Part shown: positions 25,057 to 37,700 of the stretch, piece by piece
Position numbering within the stretch: position 1 is the first letter of the stretch
How the letters are laid out: each line of letters opens with the position of its first letter
Assembly (NCBI RefSeq): GCF_002105155.1
Contig: NW_019029005.1
Location: forward strand, 62,001-126,000
DNA: 64,000 nucleotides
Reading direction: 5' to 3'
Source: Lobosporangium transversale
Lineage: Eukaryota
The notes under the pieces: generated by a model
Database searches by the model: none
Told to the model about the DNA's origin: nothing
The model's input: the letters and a program-made list of their open reading frames with translations, nothing else
Made by a program: the position numbers and the translations under genes

Positions 25057-26382
25057 TCACCAGAAACATTTAGGATTATTGCCAAGAAGCGAGTCATAAT
25101 ATTCTATCCTTTTCTTCTTCATGTCGATCACAGCTGTGGTCCAGTGATTGCCTGAGTGATGAATGGTATAAGCACATAATCCATGTCGAAGATTTGATCT
25201 AAAGTGACCAAATAAGAAAAATAACATTAGCTTTCATGCTCCTGATTATAACATCCTCATCTGCTCACGTTCATCTCCATTCTATACCTTTTTGGTCCAT
25301 CGCCTGACTTTTTCATAGCCATTTTCGCTGAGCGTTTTGTAAAAAAAGGTGCTAAAAACATGGACCTTCGGTAACTCTGTGGATTCTTTGCTCCTGGCCA
25401 TAATTAGATTTCCGTAAAAATTGATGACCTCGTCATTAAGCCATTGACCTGGTCGCAATGTCTGAATATCTTTTTTGAGAATCGCAACATTAAATCCTTC
25501 CGCGCTACTTGACCATATCCATCCGCTAGAGCTTCAGCAACCTAGTAGAATAATACAAAAAAAAAAAAAAGAAAAAAAAAAGAAAAGACATTAAATACCT
25601 GGACTTTTAAGTTTGGTCCAAGAAAGAGATGATCTCAAAAAAAGTGTAAAACGAAAGCAGTATAATGAACTCACGCGTTGCTCGTCGTCTTTGGCAAGTG
25701 GTGGAAAATGCTCATGTCCTGATTTTCGTGCTTTCAGTTCCTTCTCGATACGCTCATGTTCGCTCACAATAGCCTGGTGACTTGGTGGCCGCTCCTGCTT
25801 CTCAACGCTACATGTTGAATAAGTTGTCAAAGAAGATAAGAGTCAATATTTAATAGGTTAAAACCTATGACCTGAGCCATAATCATAAAGAAGGGGAAGC
25901 GAATCCAAAAGTACCTTGGCAGATTCCTGTTGATCAGATTTCTAATATTCTTGAGCCATGTTGGCTCTTTGTTTCCTTGATACTAAAAATAAAGCAATGA
26001 AAAAAAAAAAAAAAAAAAAAAAAAGCTCGATCGGACCTGTCAGTAAAAAAAAAAATTTTATAAACATTAACGAAATGGATGCTTTCCTATCATGTAGGAA
26101 ACGACCGTAAGTTGAATGGCCCTTTCTGTGTGACCTACCCCTGTCCTTAGCCAAGCTGGTTGTCTAGATGTTATACTACGCTCTAATAACAAATCGTCCT
26201 TGTCGTAAGATCGATAGTATTCTCTCATTCGACGATGTTCTGCAATCTCTTCGTCAATAGATGGCTGTGATGTCCTCCTTGAGCTCACAATGCTTTCCCG
26301 ATCTGATCTTAATGCCCCAATTGTTGCATCCAATGCAGCTTGAAGTCGATCTAAGTAAACATACATATAAAAAGAATAAGAG

Positions 26383-26421
<39 letters not shown>

Positions 26422-27471
26422 GTAAGATCAAATTAGGAATGCTACTGCCAAAGATACAGACATTATGAAATGATATATCAAACATTACTTTGTCCCGACC
26501 GTGAATGAATCAAATTATGCGCTCAACAAACGCTGACGTGCGACGGACTCATCCTTATTGTACTACAATTAAATTAAATTAAATTAAATTAAATCAATGG
26601 TAGTACAAACCAGGTTAGACTTTAGGAGCGATTTGCCACAATCGGACTCCACTTTTCCTTTTTCTTTTCATTTTTTATATATATTTCTTTATCCTATACC
26701 TTGCTCTGCAGCAACGAAGTTGTCCTTTGAGCTTTGCTGGCATAGATTCGTGGTCGAGCCCGCAGTAAGGAGTTTTGTTCAAATCTATGTGGTGTGGCAG
26801 GTTGCTAAATCGTGATGATCCAGTGACAGAAGATACACTCGAGGAAGATGGTGATCCTGAAGCTAATGAACTGTTTGATTCATCAGCGCTCTGGATTGAA
26901 GTCCATAAGTTGAAGGAGTAGAGGATAATAGGCTAGATGAAAACAATGAAGGCCGTTCCCGGAAATCTGGTGCTGTAAAAGTGGGAAGTTTTGTATATGG
27001 CTCCAGCTGATATGGTTTGTTTTCCTCAGAATTATCCATGGCAGCAGCAGTAGGCTCTGCTGGCTTTTTAGATCCATCGTTCGGCGATAGAGACGAGGGG
27101 CTAGGACGACGATGTGCTGGAAAATGTTGATCCTGACCTTCTTTCAGAAGTACGCCTCGGACATAAGCTCCTTCGTAGCGCTTCCTGGATATGCTCCTAC
27201 CCAATCATGCTTCTTACGCTGCTGCTCAATAACTAGAAATACCACAAACGAGTAAAGTAATTAGAATGTACATGATAAGTTGCTTATTGTTGATATACCA
27301 GTCCCTACAATAAACAGGCATGTCAAAGCTGATGCTAACGCTACCTAGTGATTCTAAAGGTTTTAGTCCAAGATAAGAGCTGATTCCATCTAAACCTTCT
27401 GTGAACCATAGCCTTGCGCGCTTTGACAGCTCAGCAGTATCGACAATTGATTTTCGTTTCGAGGAGGTCAT
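24707..27471 (-). CDS. ULP1: Ulp1/SENP-family SUMO protease (peptidase C48)
   Basis: [34 protein letters not shown] and [14 protein letters not shown]; disordered N-terminus from MTSSKRKS at 27471; multi-exon. Confidence 0.9.
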
Positions 27472-27902
27472 GTAAAAAGTAGATGTCCAATGTTTTCAAA
27501 ATAAAAAGGAGGAAGAATTAGTTTGCCGGTGGCTGCAAATGTATACTGGAAAGGAGAAGAGAGGGAGAAAAAAAAAAAAAAAAAAAAAAAAAATGTATGA
27601 GAAAGTAAAAAGAAAGTAAGAATGGATGAGTTTTCAATGAAGAGTATGAGAGGAGATGAAGGGCGATGCACCAGAAGGAAGAAAAGAAAGAAAAAAGGAC
27701 CGCGTTTGTGTGCATACAAAGACAAAAGGTGGAAAAGTCTTGGTGACATGGTCAGGGCTCATTTCCTCATCGGGATATCTTTCATTAAAGGGCGTTTTCC
27801 TTTCATTGTTTTTGTTGGAGGCAGTGGCTTATGCTAACCTCTAAAAGAATAGATTGAAGGTTGTATGGAAAGAAAGAATATCATGGAAAGAGTGGCCAAG
27901 GG

Positions 27903-27933
<31 letters not shown>

Positions 27934-28011
27934 GAAAGACGTTGTTGATTCTTCATTCTTTTCAACCTTGACATTCAAACCTCATTTTTCATTGCTCTAT
28001 AATATATTACC

Positions 28012-28873
28012 ATGGAAGCACAAATTGAAGAGGTGCGTCAATAAGAAATAAGAACAAATAAACGAGGGCCTCTTCTTTACTTTTATTGACCTGGCCTGTG
28101 CTTGCTTCGCCCACATCTTACCTATACTCTTATTACATTGTATATACCTTGATATTTTATCTCGATCTTACTTAATTATCAATAGCTCCTGCCATTTTTG
28201 CACGATGCTAGGATGGAGGTAATATAGACATTTGTATTTCAATCTTTTTTAATTTTTTAAACGCAAAAAAGAAAAGTATCAATTGATCCGCTAATTATCT
28301 TTTCAACGTATGATTTTGTCGGCATTTTCCCACTCCAGGTTCGTCAAATCGCTATCCAAAACATCGTCTCTTTCACTCCCAGCACTTCTGAATTCTTCAA
28401 AGTCTTTCTGAAGCATGCCAAGCCTCTTACCAAGGATTTGAAAGCATGACCAAAGAGGATACCGTAAGGAAAAAAAAAAAAAAAAAAAAAAAAAGTGATT
28501 AAAAAAAATTAGTCAAGTAAATCTTTTTCTTATTTTTCTCCAATCTCCTTTTTTTTTTTTTTTTTCCTTCTGGAAATATTAGGCAATCGCTCATGATGCT
28601 CTCCGCTCGCTCATCAACCTTTCTGGAGAAACTGTTATCTGCAACGAGCTGGATGATGAAGAATTTATCAAGCATTTGATCTTTAATATCATCATTGTAA
28701 GTGGTTGGGCAACTAGGAATACAACTGGATGGAGCTGAGACTGAGACTAAGAATCATACAGGGTGGAACAATGGCTACAATTACAAAAAAAGCTCGTTAA
28801 ATGTGTATCTTTAATTTCCTAGATGCCTAATGCTGGACAATATATTCGTCCTCTATTTCTCTCTTTCCTTGGC

Positions 28874-28909
<36 letters not shown>

Positions 28910-30110
28910 GTCCAAAACCAATATTTTGGGTGATTTAGGATCCATGTTGCTATCCAACATGTGTAAGAATGATAAAATTGCAAACAAGATCTTGAATATG
29001 ACTGGAAAGCCTGTCGAGGGCCTCACAGTCGCCACCTCCGTTGTCGGTCAACTCGCTGATATCTTTTTAAAGGGCAATGAAAAGAACTACAATCCTCAAT
29101 GCAACTATGATTTTCTGGCAAGTGTCTTTGCCACATTGGCTACGGTATGTTTTGATGAAAGAATGGAAATGATATGACGAATGGGAATTGTGAATGAGCG
29201 ATCAAGGAAAAAAATAAAAAAAAAAAAAAAAAAGAGACAGTATCAAATGATTAAACATTCATGACAATTTCCCTTTCTTTTTTTTTTTTTTCTTAATTAA
29301 GATTCCTCTTGGTCGTACTCAATTATTTGCCAAAGATAGCGGTGGCCTCTCTCCTCTTTCCAAAATTGTTTGCTTCACTGAACATCCTAATTTGATCCGC
29401 CGTGGGGGCGTTATCACAACCATCAAGTAAGTATTATGATTAACAAAATAAAAATTAAAATTAAAGCGTCGGTATTGGTCTTAAACGGCCTAATCGACTA
29501 TAAAATAAAAAAAAAAGTTCGTCTCTCACATACACATCTGTGTTCTCCATAGGAATGCAAGTTTTGCTGTTGAAAGCCACCCTGCTCTCCTTGATGAGAG
29601 CGATATCAATGTGTTGCCTTACATTTTACTCCCTCTCTGCGGTCCCGAAGAATTCGATCTTGACGTAAGCTAGTTTTCTTTTTTTTTTTTTTTTTTTTTT
29701 TTCTTCCTCTCTTCGGCTCATTAGAGGCTCTTGCTAAAAAGTTTTAATATTTTTTTTCTTTCTTTTAATCCTTATACTGTAGGACATGGAGGGTATGCCC
29801 GAAGATATCCAGTTGTTGCCTCCTACAAAGAAACGTGAGGCCGATGCCCATTTGCGCGAGACATTGCTCGAGGCCCTGATCCTTTTAACCACCACGCGCC
29901 CCGGACGGATTACTTGCGTCAAAAGAAAACCTATCCAGTCATCCAAAAATGCATCTGGCCGAAACCGAGGAACATGTCCAACAAGTGGCTGAACAGATTG
30001 TCAACATGTTGATGCGTGATGAGGCCGGCGCCGAGATCACAGAAATTGACGACACAGCTACTAAACCACCAGTCGTGGAAGACGATGAAGACACCATCAC
30101 TGAAGTATAA
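28012..30110 (+). CDS. HGH1: Hgh1/FAM203 (eEF2 chaperone)
   Basis: MEAQIEE start, ALRSLINLS, DLGSMLLSNM, YDFLASVFA, FTEHPNLIRRGGV..TIK, LPYILLPLCGPEEFD, LLPPTKKREADAHLRETLLEALILLTTTR; about 8 exons. Confidence 0.92.
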
Positions 30111-30155
30111 TGACATTTATATAAAGGCGAAATGTCTGCAAATATGTAATTGAAA

Positions 30156-30220
30156 AAATAAAATAAAATAAAATAAAATAAAATAAAATAAAATAAAATA
30201 AAATAAAATAAAATAAAAAT
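30156..30220 (+). repeat. (AAAAT)n microsatellite between convergent 3' ends
   Basis: Directly visible pentamer array. Confidence 0.9.
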
Positions 30221-30244
30221 AGAGAGCAACTATTTTATTTATTT

Positions 30245-31837
30245 TTAATGGTCATCGTCTTCAAGTTCGTCTTGTTCCTCTTCTTGCCCCATACCTTTTC
30301 GTCTCACTTGTACTGAACTAACAGCGGGCTTATTAAAAGGTGCGCTTCCAATATCTCCATGCATTTCTTCGTCTTTTTGCATTACGCTTCCTCTTGATTC
30401 AAATGCTCGTCTCTGTCGTCATCTTGCAACGCAATCCGACGTACACCTTCAACATTTACATCCTCTCCATTCCCTCCTTTGCTTTCTCCTCCTCTGGTTC
30501 CTCCTCCACTTCCCTGCTTCCTCCTCTTCTTCGCATGCTTCTTCTACCTCTTCATCCTCCTCTTCCACTTGAATAGTGCTTCTGTGCTGTTGCTGATGTC
30601 GGCTCTTCTGCTCGCCAGTCCTGAACGCACCTTCATTTTGGCGCAATGCCTTTGTGTTACCGTTGTGTTCCGTCATTGCTGGCCCGTCCCGTGTTTGTGT
30701 CTGCTCCCTTGCTCTTGGACCTGGTCTTCCGCTCCAATGGCAAACTCAACCTCTTCAATCCCTTTGGGCTTCAGCATCAGTCCAAATTCGTCTGATCGGA
30801 AAGATGCCACCACATTTGGAGGAATCAAGATTCTCCATCCTGCGGTTTCAACCCGTGTGAACATGGAATAGTCAATTCCCATCTCCTTTTTCTGATCTTC
30901 TACCAGTGCATAAGACGACCCTTTCGCTACTCGTAATGCTTCCACTGTAGGGCTTGTTGCCATAGTTGAAAGGCCCAACCCAATCTCTGCGTGTACTTGG
31001 CCATCCTTCATCGTAGCATCTTCATCATTATTAGCCAGATAGTCTACGCCAAATACTTGAATGGCTGTTGAGGCTTCATTCTGTGGCTTCTGCGCGCCTG
31101 ATCCATGACCTTGTGACGTAATGGTATAAAAGGACTCCGTGGCCGTAGCGGATGCAGAAGCGACGGCAGCCTTTGTACCTATAGAGTCACATCAGAATGC
31201 CCTGCGCTGGAGCCGCCAGAAGGGACGGAATCCGAATCCGCCCTACGTTTCTTAGTCGAGGATCCCTCACAGCTTGACCTATCTAGAGAAGGTGACCTTC
31301 TCTGTCCAAGAATTGACGAAGATGATCGAGCAAGCATTATATTGGGCTGTGAATTTGATCTTTGGATAATGGCAGAATGGCTGGCTCGGTTGCTGCTACT
31401 GCCGTTGCTTGCCATCTGCATGTAAGATTGGGGCGAGCGTGGCTGATGGATCTCAATCACGAGTTTAGAACTCTCATTGAGATGCATTGCCATAGCCTCG
31501 GTCGTGTCCAGAGTCCTGGTAATAGGTATAGGATTGGAGGTAATATTAGAGTTATCTCTTCCAGGGAAACAGCTCAGCTTGATGGAGCTTTGAGGCATTG
31601 CAGCATTAAGATCGTGGTGTTGTTGATATTGAGATTGATCCAAATGGTTTTGGCTGCTACTACGATGGCTAGAGTTATAATGATGTTGAGAGTGTGAATT
31701 TGAGGAATACTGGTTCTGGTATTGCTGAAGGCTGGTCGAGTAAAGGTTCTGATTAGAATTGGAACGACTGAGTGGCTGACCTAGGCTCTTGCGCTTCAAG
31801 CCATGTGAGCGCATCCTAGCTATTGGGCCTGTAAATG

Positions 31838-31873
<36 letters not shown>

Positions 31874-34751
31874 ACGTTAGATTTGCTATAATCTATTAGA
31901 TTTTTGCAACGAGCCATTATTGAAACAAGCAATACCACTATAAAAGAATACTCACGGCCATCAGAATCTACGTCGTGATAATCAGGAGAAGGATCTCTGT
32001 CGTTTTCGCTATCAAATCGATCCCTGTCATCTTGTCGTGGGGTCTGATAGTAGAGGCTTGAGGAAGGGTAGAGATGCCTAGGAGGCGGCCTACTTCCGCT
32101 CATTGGTAGCGAATGCGAGTATCTCATCGGCTCAGATTGTGGGGTCTGCATACCATTCTGGGCCCCATGAATGTTCCCAGGACCAATCCATGGTGGTGAC
32201 GCTGCAGACGAGGCTGACGCGACGCCATGGCCTCCAGAAGAAAAGTGATGTTGGATGGGCTTCATAGGAGGCGTCAAGGCTTGTTGAGATGTGTTTAAAT
32301 CGTCAGCAGCTTGGTGATTGGTGCTAACATCCAACGGATGCATACTATCACCGCCTGGCGAACCTGGAGGATATTGTGATCGGTTTTTTGGCTGCTGTGG
32401 CAACCTTGATGGGGCTGTAGCAGAGCTTGGTGCCAACATTGTATTCGCATTTAGTCTCTCGTACTTTTCGCGGTGCATTTGTGGATACTCCTCTACCTCG
32501 CTGGCTCGACGATCATATGGATGCGATAATGGGGATGGCAGTGGTGGAGGCAACCCCGCATGGCCGTTACTACTATATACATGACTCGAATGAGGATGGC
32601 TCATTCGTCTCTGGAAGTAACCCCCATTTGTGCTGTCGTCAATCGACTGTTTCCAGCGTGTGGTACGTTGCGTGACGAAGGAACAGCTGAATCATGTGAT
32701 TGTGCCGAATTATGTTGCTGCAGTGAATGACTATACGGTGTCTCTCGGTCTGGAGATGATCGTGGAGACGATGACGGTGCGGGTGAGAGGGACTCTCCGA
32801 TGTATTTGGAACCCATTACAGGCGATGGTTGCGAAGACCGATGTTCTGTACTACCAAGGTACTGTGAAGAATCACGTCGGACAAGTTGATATGGAGCAGA
32901 GCGCTGTTGATGGCTCTGTGACAGCTGAGATGTCGAATGGTTTGGATAGGCCGATCCACTGATGCTTCCACGGTGCTCGCGCTGCTGCATTTCCTGCTGC
33001 TGCTGTTCAAGATAATGCTGGTAGCGTTGTTGACCAATGTTTGGATGCGAGTGCGAGTGATGAAGCTTGTGGATTTGTCTCCCTCCTGAGGAAGAAGCCG
33101 CAGTGGAGAAGGTTGATGCTTGCTGCTGAGGCAGTGATGGGCCGCCAGGGCCTGTGGGTGTTATAGCGCGTCCATACCCGGAGCGCGAGCGCTGGAATCT
33201 TGGCTCATCCCTCCATCCATCGGTGGCGTTGATGGAACTTGAAAATGACCAGTATGGTTGGGTGCGTGTGCTTGCTGCGTTGCCTGCTCATCATAGTCCA
33301 TCATCATAGACTCATCGCCCGTCATTGATGGACGACGAGCCAAATGTTGCACAGAACCGCGCCTACTTGGATTACTTTGGGATGGATGAAGTGATTGCGA
33401 GTGTCGTCGGCTCTCGGTCGTATGGTGATGATGAGTATCTTTATATAGCTCATGATCATCATGGCTCTGGTCGTGCGTTGATGTCGCTACTACTGGCGTT
33501 CCTTCCTCTCCCTCCTGTTGCTGCTGCTTTGTTGTTGTTGAAGGCGTTGCTGAAGCTTCTCAGGCGTCACTTCAGAGCTGATTCGTGGGCTACTGCCCAT
33601 TTTCGATCCACGTCGAGAAGTTGATGTTTTTACCATGGGTGGTGGCGCCAGGGCCAGGACATTTTCGCCAGAGTCGTTAGTGGAACTGGATGAATTAGTT
33701 GGATCTGGCAGAGAGTGGCCGTAGACAACACCCGCGATCATGTTGCGAATTTTAGACTCTGAATATGACTTGTTACAAATCAAGCTTTTAGAAACAGGGG
33801 GTCGACACTTAAATCGAAGGTTGCCATCTGTTTCGTATGCCATAGCGGTGTATGATTTAAAAAAAAAATAAAAAAAAAAAAAACAAGTAATAGTCAGAGA
33901 CCATAGGAACATCGCCTCCTTGACCTTGCCTTTGGATATTGACAATGGATATATCTTCTTTTTTCATTACTTACCTGACATGCCATCACGCTGAATGGTG
34001 TTACGGGAAAAGCATTTAGCACATGGAATCAAGTTACGGTACTGTTTGAAAAGAGCAATGGTCTCCTCTTGGAGTGCAGATCGTGGAAGCGTTGCCGTCA
34101 TAGTTCGCAAGGAGGGTCGTCTAGACGTTGGCGCTGCTGTCCCTGTCGTTGCCATTGCCATTGCGGGCGCGTCTGAGGACGATTTGTTATTATTTGATCC
34201 TTCAGTTGAAGCCATATTGACATCTGATGATACACGACGATTACTAGAGCTTCCTGACGAAGGACCATTAGTTTCCTCAGAATCATCATTCGACATAACA
34301 ATGTCAGGAGTACCCATGACGGAAACGGAAGAAGGATAAGATGGTGACGGGCTCGAAAGACCATGTTCCGTCTTTAGCTTCAATAATTGTTGATGCGCTG
34401 GGCTTGTGTAGATATTGCATAAGAGGGCTGCTGCTGCTGTACTAAGGGCCTTGCCGGAGCTAGAGGATGTAAAGGAGCCTCGTCCGTATATTCCATCCGA
34501 TCTCCCTCAAGGTCACTCTCTAGTCCATTGCCCTTTAGTATATGGGGAGAAGACGATGCTGCTGCTGATCGCTGCTGTGCATCGTCATTGCTTTGTTCCT
34601 TTGGAGTAACTGAGGACGAGTGAAAGGATTCGTGTCTTGGCTCAATCTTGATACCGCTAGAGGGGATCTTCCTTGTAGGTGACTGTGGCCTAGATCTTGT
34701 GGTCTTGTCATTATTGTTAGACATTGATGGTTGTGTAATTGCAGAGAGCAT
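30245..34751 (-). CDS. Large intrinsically disordered (S/Q/H-rich) protein with a 4-Cys zinc-ribbon-like island and a C-terminal compact motif; possible regulator
   Basis: Chain of minus-strand ORFs linked by indels and two introns (33828-33974; about 31829-31954). The spliced island reads LIPCAKCFSRNTIQRDGMSDGNLRFKCRPPVSKSLICNKSYSESKI. C-terminal DYSMFTRVETAGWRILIPPNVVASFRSDEFGLMLKPK; stop at 30245. Confidence 0.7.
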
Positions 34752-37700
34752 GGCTATCTTATATTCGTATTGTCGAAGAGGAGGGTGGTCTGAGGGCTAG
34801 ATCTGAGGATGGGGGCGTTATGTATGTGTTTTTTCACTTGAGAATAGACGAGCGGATAGCTTTGCACAAAAGAAGAATAGGAGTCAGTAACGAAAAATTA
34901 TATGAGATCGGTTTATGCCAGTGAAGGACTAGTGTAAGAGATGGGGGAGTAGGGAGGATAGAAAAAAGAGGAAAGAAAAGGAGAGAAGGCTAGTGAAGGG
35001 AAAAAAGAGTAATAGAGAGACGCGGTTAGAAAAGGGTTCAGGATGAACAGACACAAATAAAGATGAATCTTTTATTCATCCTAAGATACACATCCAACCA
35101 CATTTTTGCACTTTTCGGTATTCCCTCTTCCCACTCTTGTAAGGAACAAAAAAGAATGCATGCTGCCGTGTGCACTGATGATCGATCAGACGTATCTGAA
35201 TCATGGTGGCAACGGCTCCTGAAGACAGTGGTACAATGCGCATGCAAAGATACAACAGTCATTTTGTTTCTTCTCCTATGTGAATACATAAAGGAAAAGG
35301 TATGTCTATGAAGACGGGGATAGAGAGACCGCCTTCGACCCCATAACTATAACTGAAAACCAAATTACTACTATCGTATAGTATACCACAAGAATGAGAA
35401 CAAGGGAAAAGGGAGAAACGAGGACGTAATACGCAATTGACAGGAGCTGATACAGAACAAGGGGTATACATACACAGAGAGAGATTATATGCGTAAGATG
35501 AGGAAAAGATAAAAAATTGAAAAAAGAAAAGAACAAGAGTATGAACAATAAAAGAAAAGGGTAAGAAATAGAAAGAAAAGGACAAAGAAGACAGGAGAAC
35601 CTGTAGGTATGGAACCAAAAAACAAAAAAACAAAAAATAAAATAAAAAGAGCAATCAAAGGATGATAAAGACAAGGAGTTGATTTTTTTTTTTTTTCCTG
35701 CAGAAATGAATGTAACCGCAGAAAGTAAAAAAATTATTTGTTTTAATGTCTTTTTTAGTTTACTTGTAGCACTGCACATTTATAAAAATAAAAAGGAAAT
35801 ACAAAAAGGGGGGGGGAGAATCTGCATTGGTCCATGGACATTGACAGGTGTATTTTTTTTTTCTTCTTCCCCTTGCTTCTGCCCATCTGGCGCTCAAACA
35901 GGACTCACACATCCACACGCATAAATACAAAATAATGGAAATGAGGGTGAAGCGAAACAAAGACATGAGTAGGGGGTGAGCAGCTAGCGTAGAAATGTCA
36001 AAGGCATGTTTTCAGATTCTTGTCTTCTATTCTAGTTGCCTGTTTTGGGTTTAAGATGCTCTGCGACCCCCGATGTTGCTCTTGTGCGCATAGACAAAAA
36101 GGTTGCTCTTTCTCTTGCTGGAAACAAAATGTTAGATCCATACACCGCATATAGCTCATTCACAGAACAAAGGGGGTAAAAGGGGGAGAACCATGCTATT
36201 TTGGTGAGAAGGAGATGGGGGACACATAGGGGGTGGAGAGGGAGAGGACGATTCTGTCAAGCCCTTTCTTCCTGTCTACTTCTGCGAATCAGGAACAAGG
36301 CGACAACCAAGGCATTAAAGCAAAAGTAAGCGCGGCTACTAAAGCAGATGTATCCATACACTTTAACATGATGCTATTCGCATTCAAGAAAGGAGAGGAA
36401 TACACACTATGACCAAACAACAAATCAGACGAGTGTGATCGACGTGTATCCCATATTGCAAAAGTCTCTCTGATAATGGAAATCAATACCGGTATTGCAT
36501 ATAGATGAAAGGGAGGAAAGAGGATAGGGGGAATCTCATGCAATAAATGTATGTAAATATTAAACTGAGCAAAAAGAAGCTTTGAAGGATGATAATAATG
36601 CAAGGAGGTCCTGGTACGATAGTAAAACAAAAGAATGTACTGTACAGGTGTGTGTTATCGCTTGTGCAAGTTAGTCGTTGCAGTGACAAAGCAAGGGAAA
36701 GTATGGGTGGGTGCAAGATATTAAAAAGTGGTCATTCAAAACAAGGTCTGAAAGACAGCAGACAGCAGACAGTAGCCAGAAACCAGTTGTTGGCGTGATG
36801 TGTGTAACGTATAAATGTTTGTGCTACACAAAAAGTCCGGATAATATTTTAGATGGAACACGTTTTTACCTTGATGTATTTTCTGATAAGAGATAAAGAC
36901 AATGACCAAGTAAGATGATGAAGACTAGTGATTTTGTAGCACAGTCAGCGTTTCCTTGTAGCTTGAAGAATGTATTATTGATACCAAAGGCAAATTAAGG
37001 GAGAATGGCCAATCTTTTGGATATCAATGCTGACGTTTAATTGTTATGAATATGGGATGTTATTCTGCTGTCAATGTGAGTTATCAATAAGGGAAATAAC
37101 CAAAGCTTTCCTTATCAACGCGTAAAATTAAGTGAAGGAAGTGAAGAGTCGATATTGAAAGATAGCACTTGCTGTTGTTGGATAACTGTCAGTATGAAGA
37201 TAATCAAAGGACACAAGGAGATTTCAAAGAACAAAAAAAAAAAAAAAAAAAAAAAAAAAATGCAGAGAAGGAAGAGGAGGGTAAAAGTGAGTAATGTATA
37301 CTAATAAATAGTAGTTTCACCAGGAAGATGGGGGTAAGTAGAAATATAGTAACTGAAAGAAGGAATGCACGGTCGGAATGCGGTGCAAGGGTTTGTACGC
37401 ATATACACTAATATACAAAGGACGGTGTTGTCTCAAGGAGAGATGGGGGTCCTTGACTAAAAACACAGGTCCTTTGTAGTTGGATGCACAAGAGAGGGGA
37501 ACAAGGGACAAGGAGTGGATGTCAATTTGATCCTAAAGAAATAGAATAGTAACAAGAGGGATCCCCTGTCACTGTAAATAATGAGATCAGTGATGCTGAT
37601 AATTTGGGATACTCAGCTAAACGCACTTTGATATCCACGGACCAATTTTCACCCATACTCCTCTCTCTCTCTCTCTCGCTCTCTTTCTCTCTCTCTTCCT

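Noticed and set aside
22381..27990. GATGAG (PAC-like) words in the MPP10/VTA1 and ULP1/HGH1 promoters
   Set aside because: Only short hexamers without full GCGATGAG or RRPE context; chance level.
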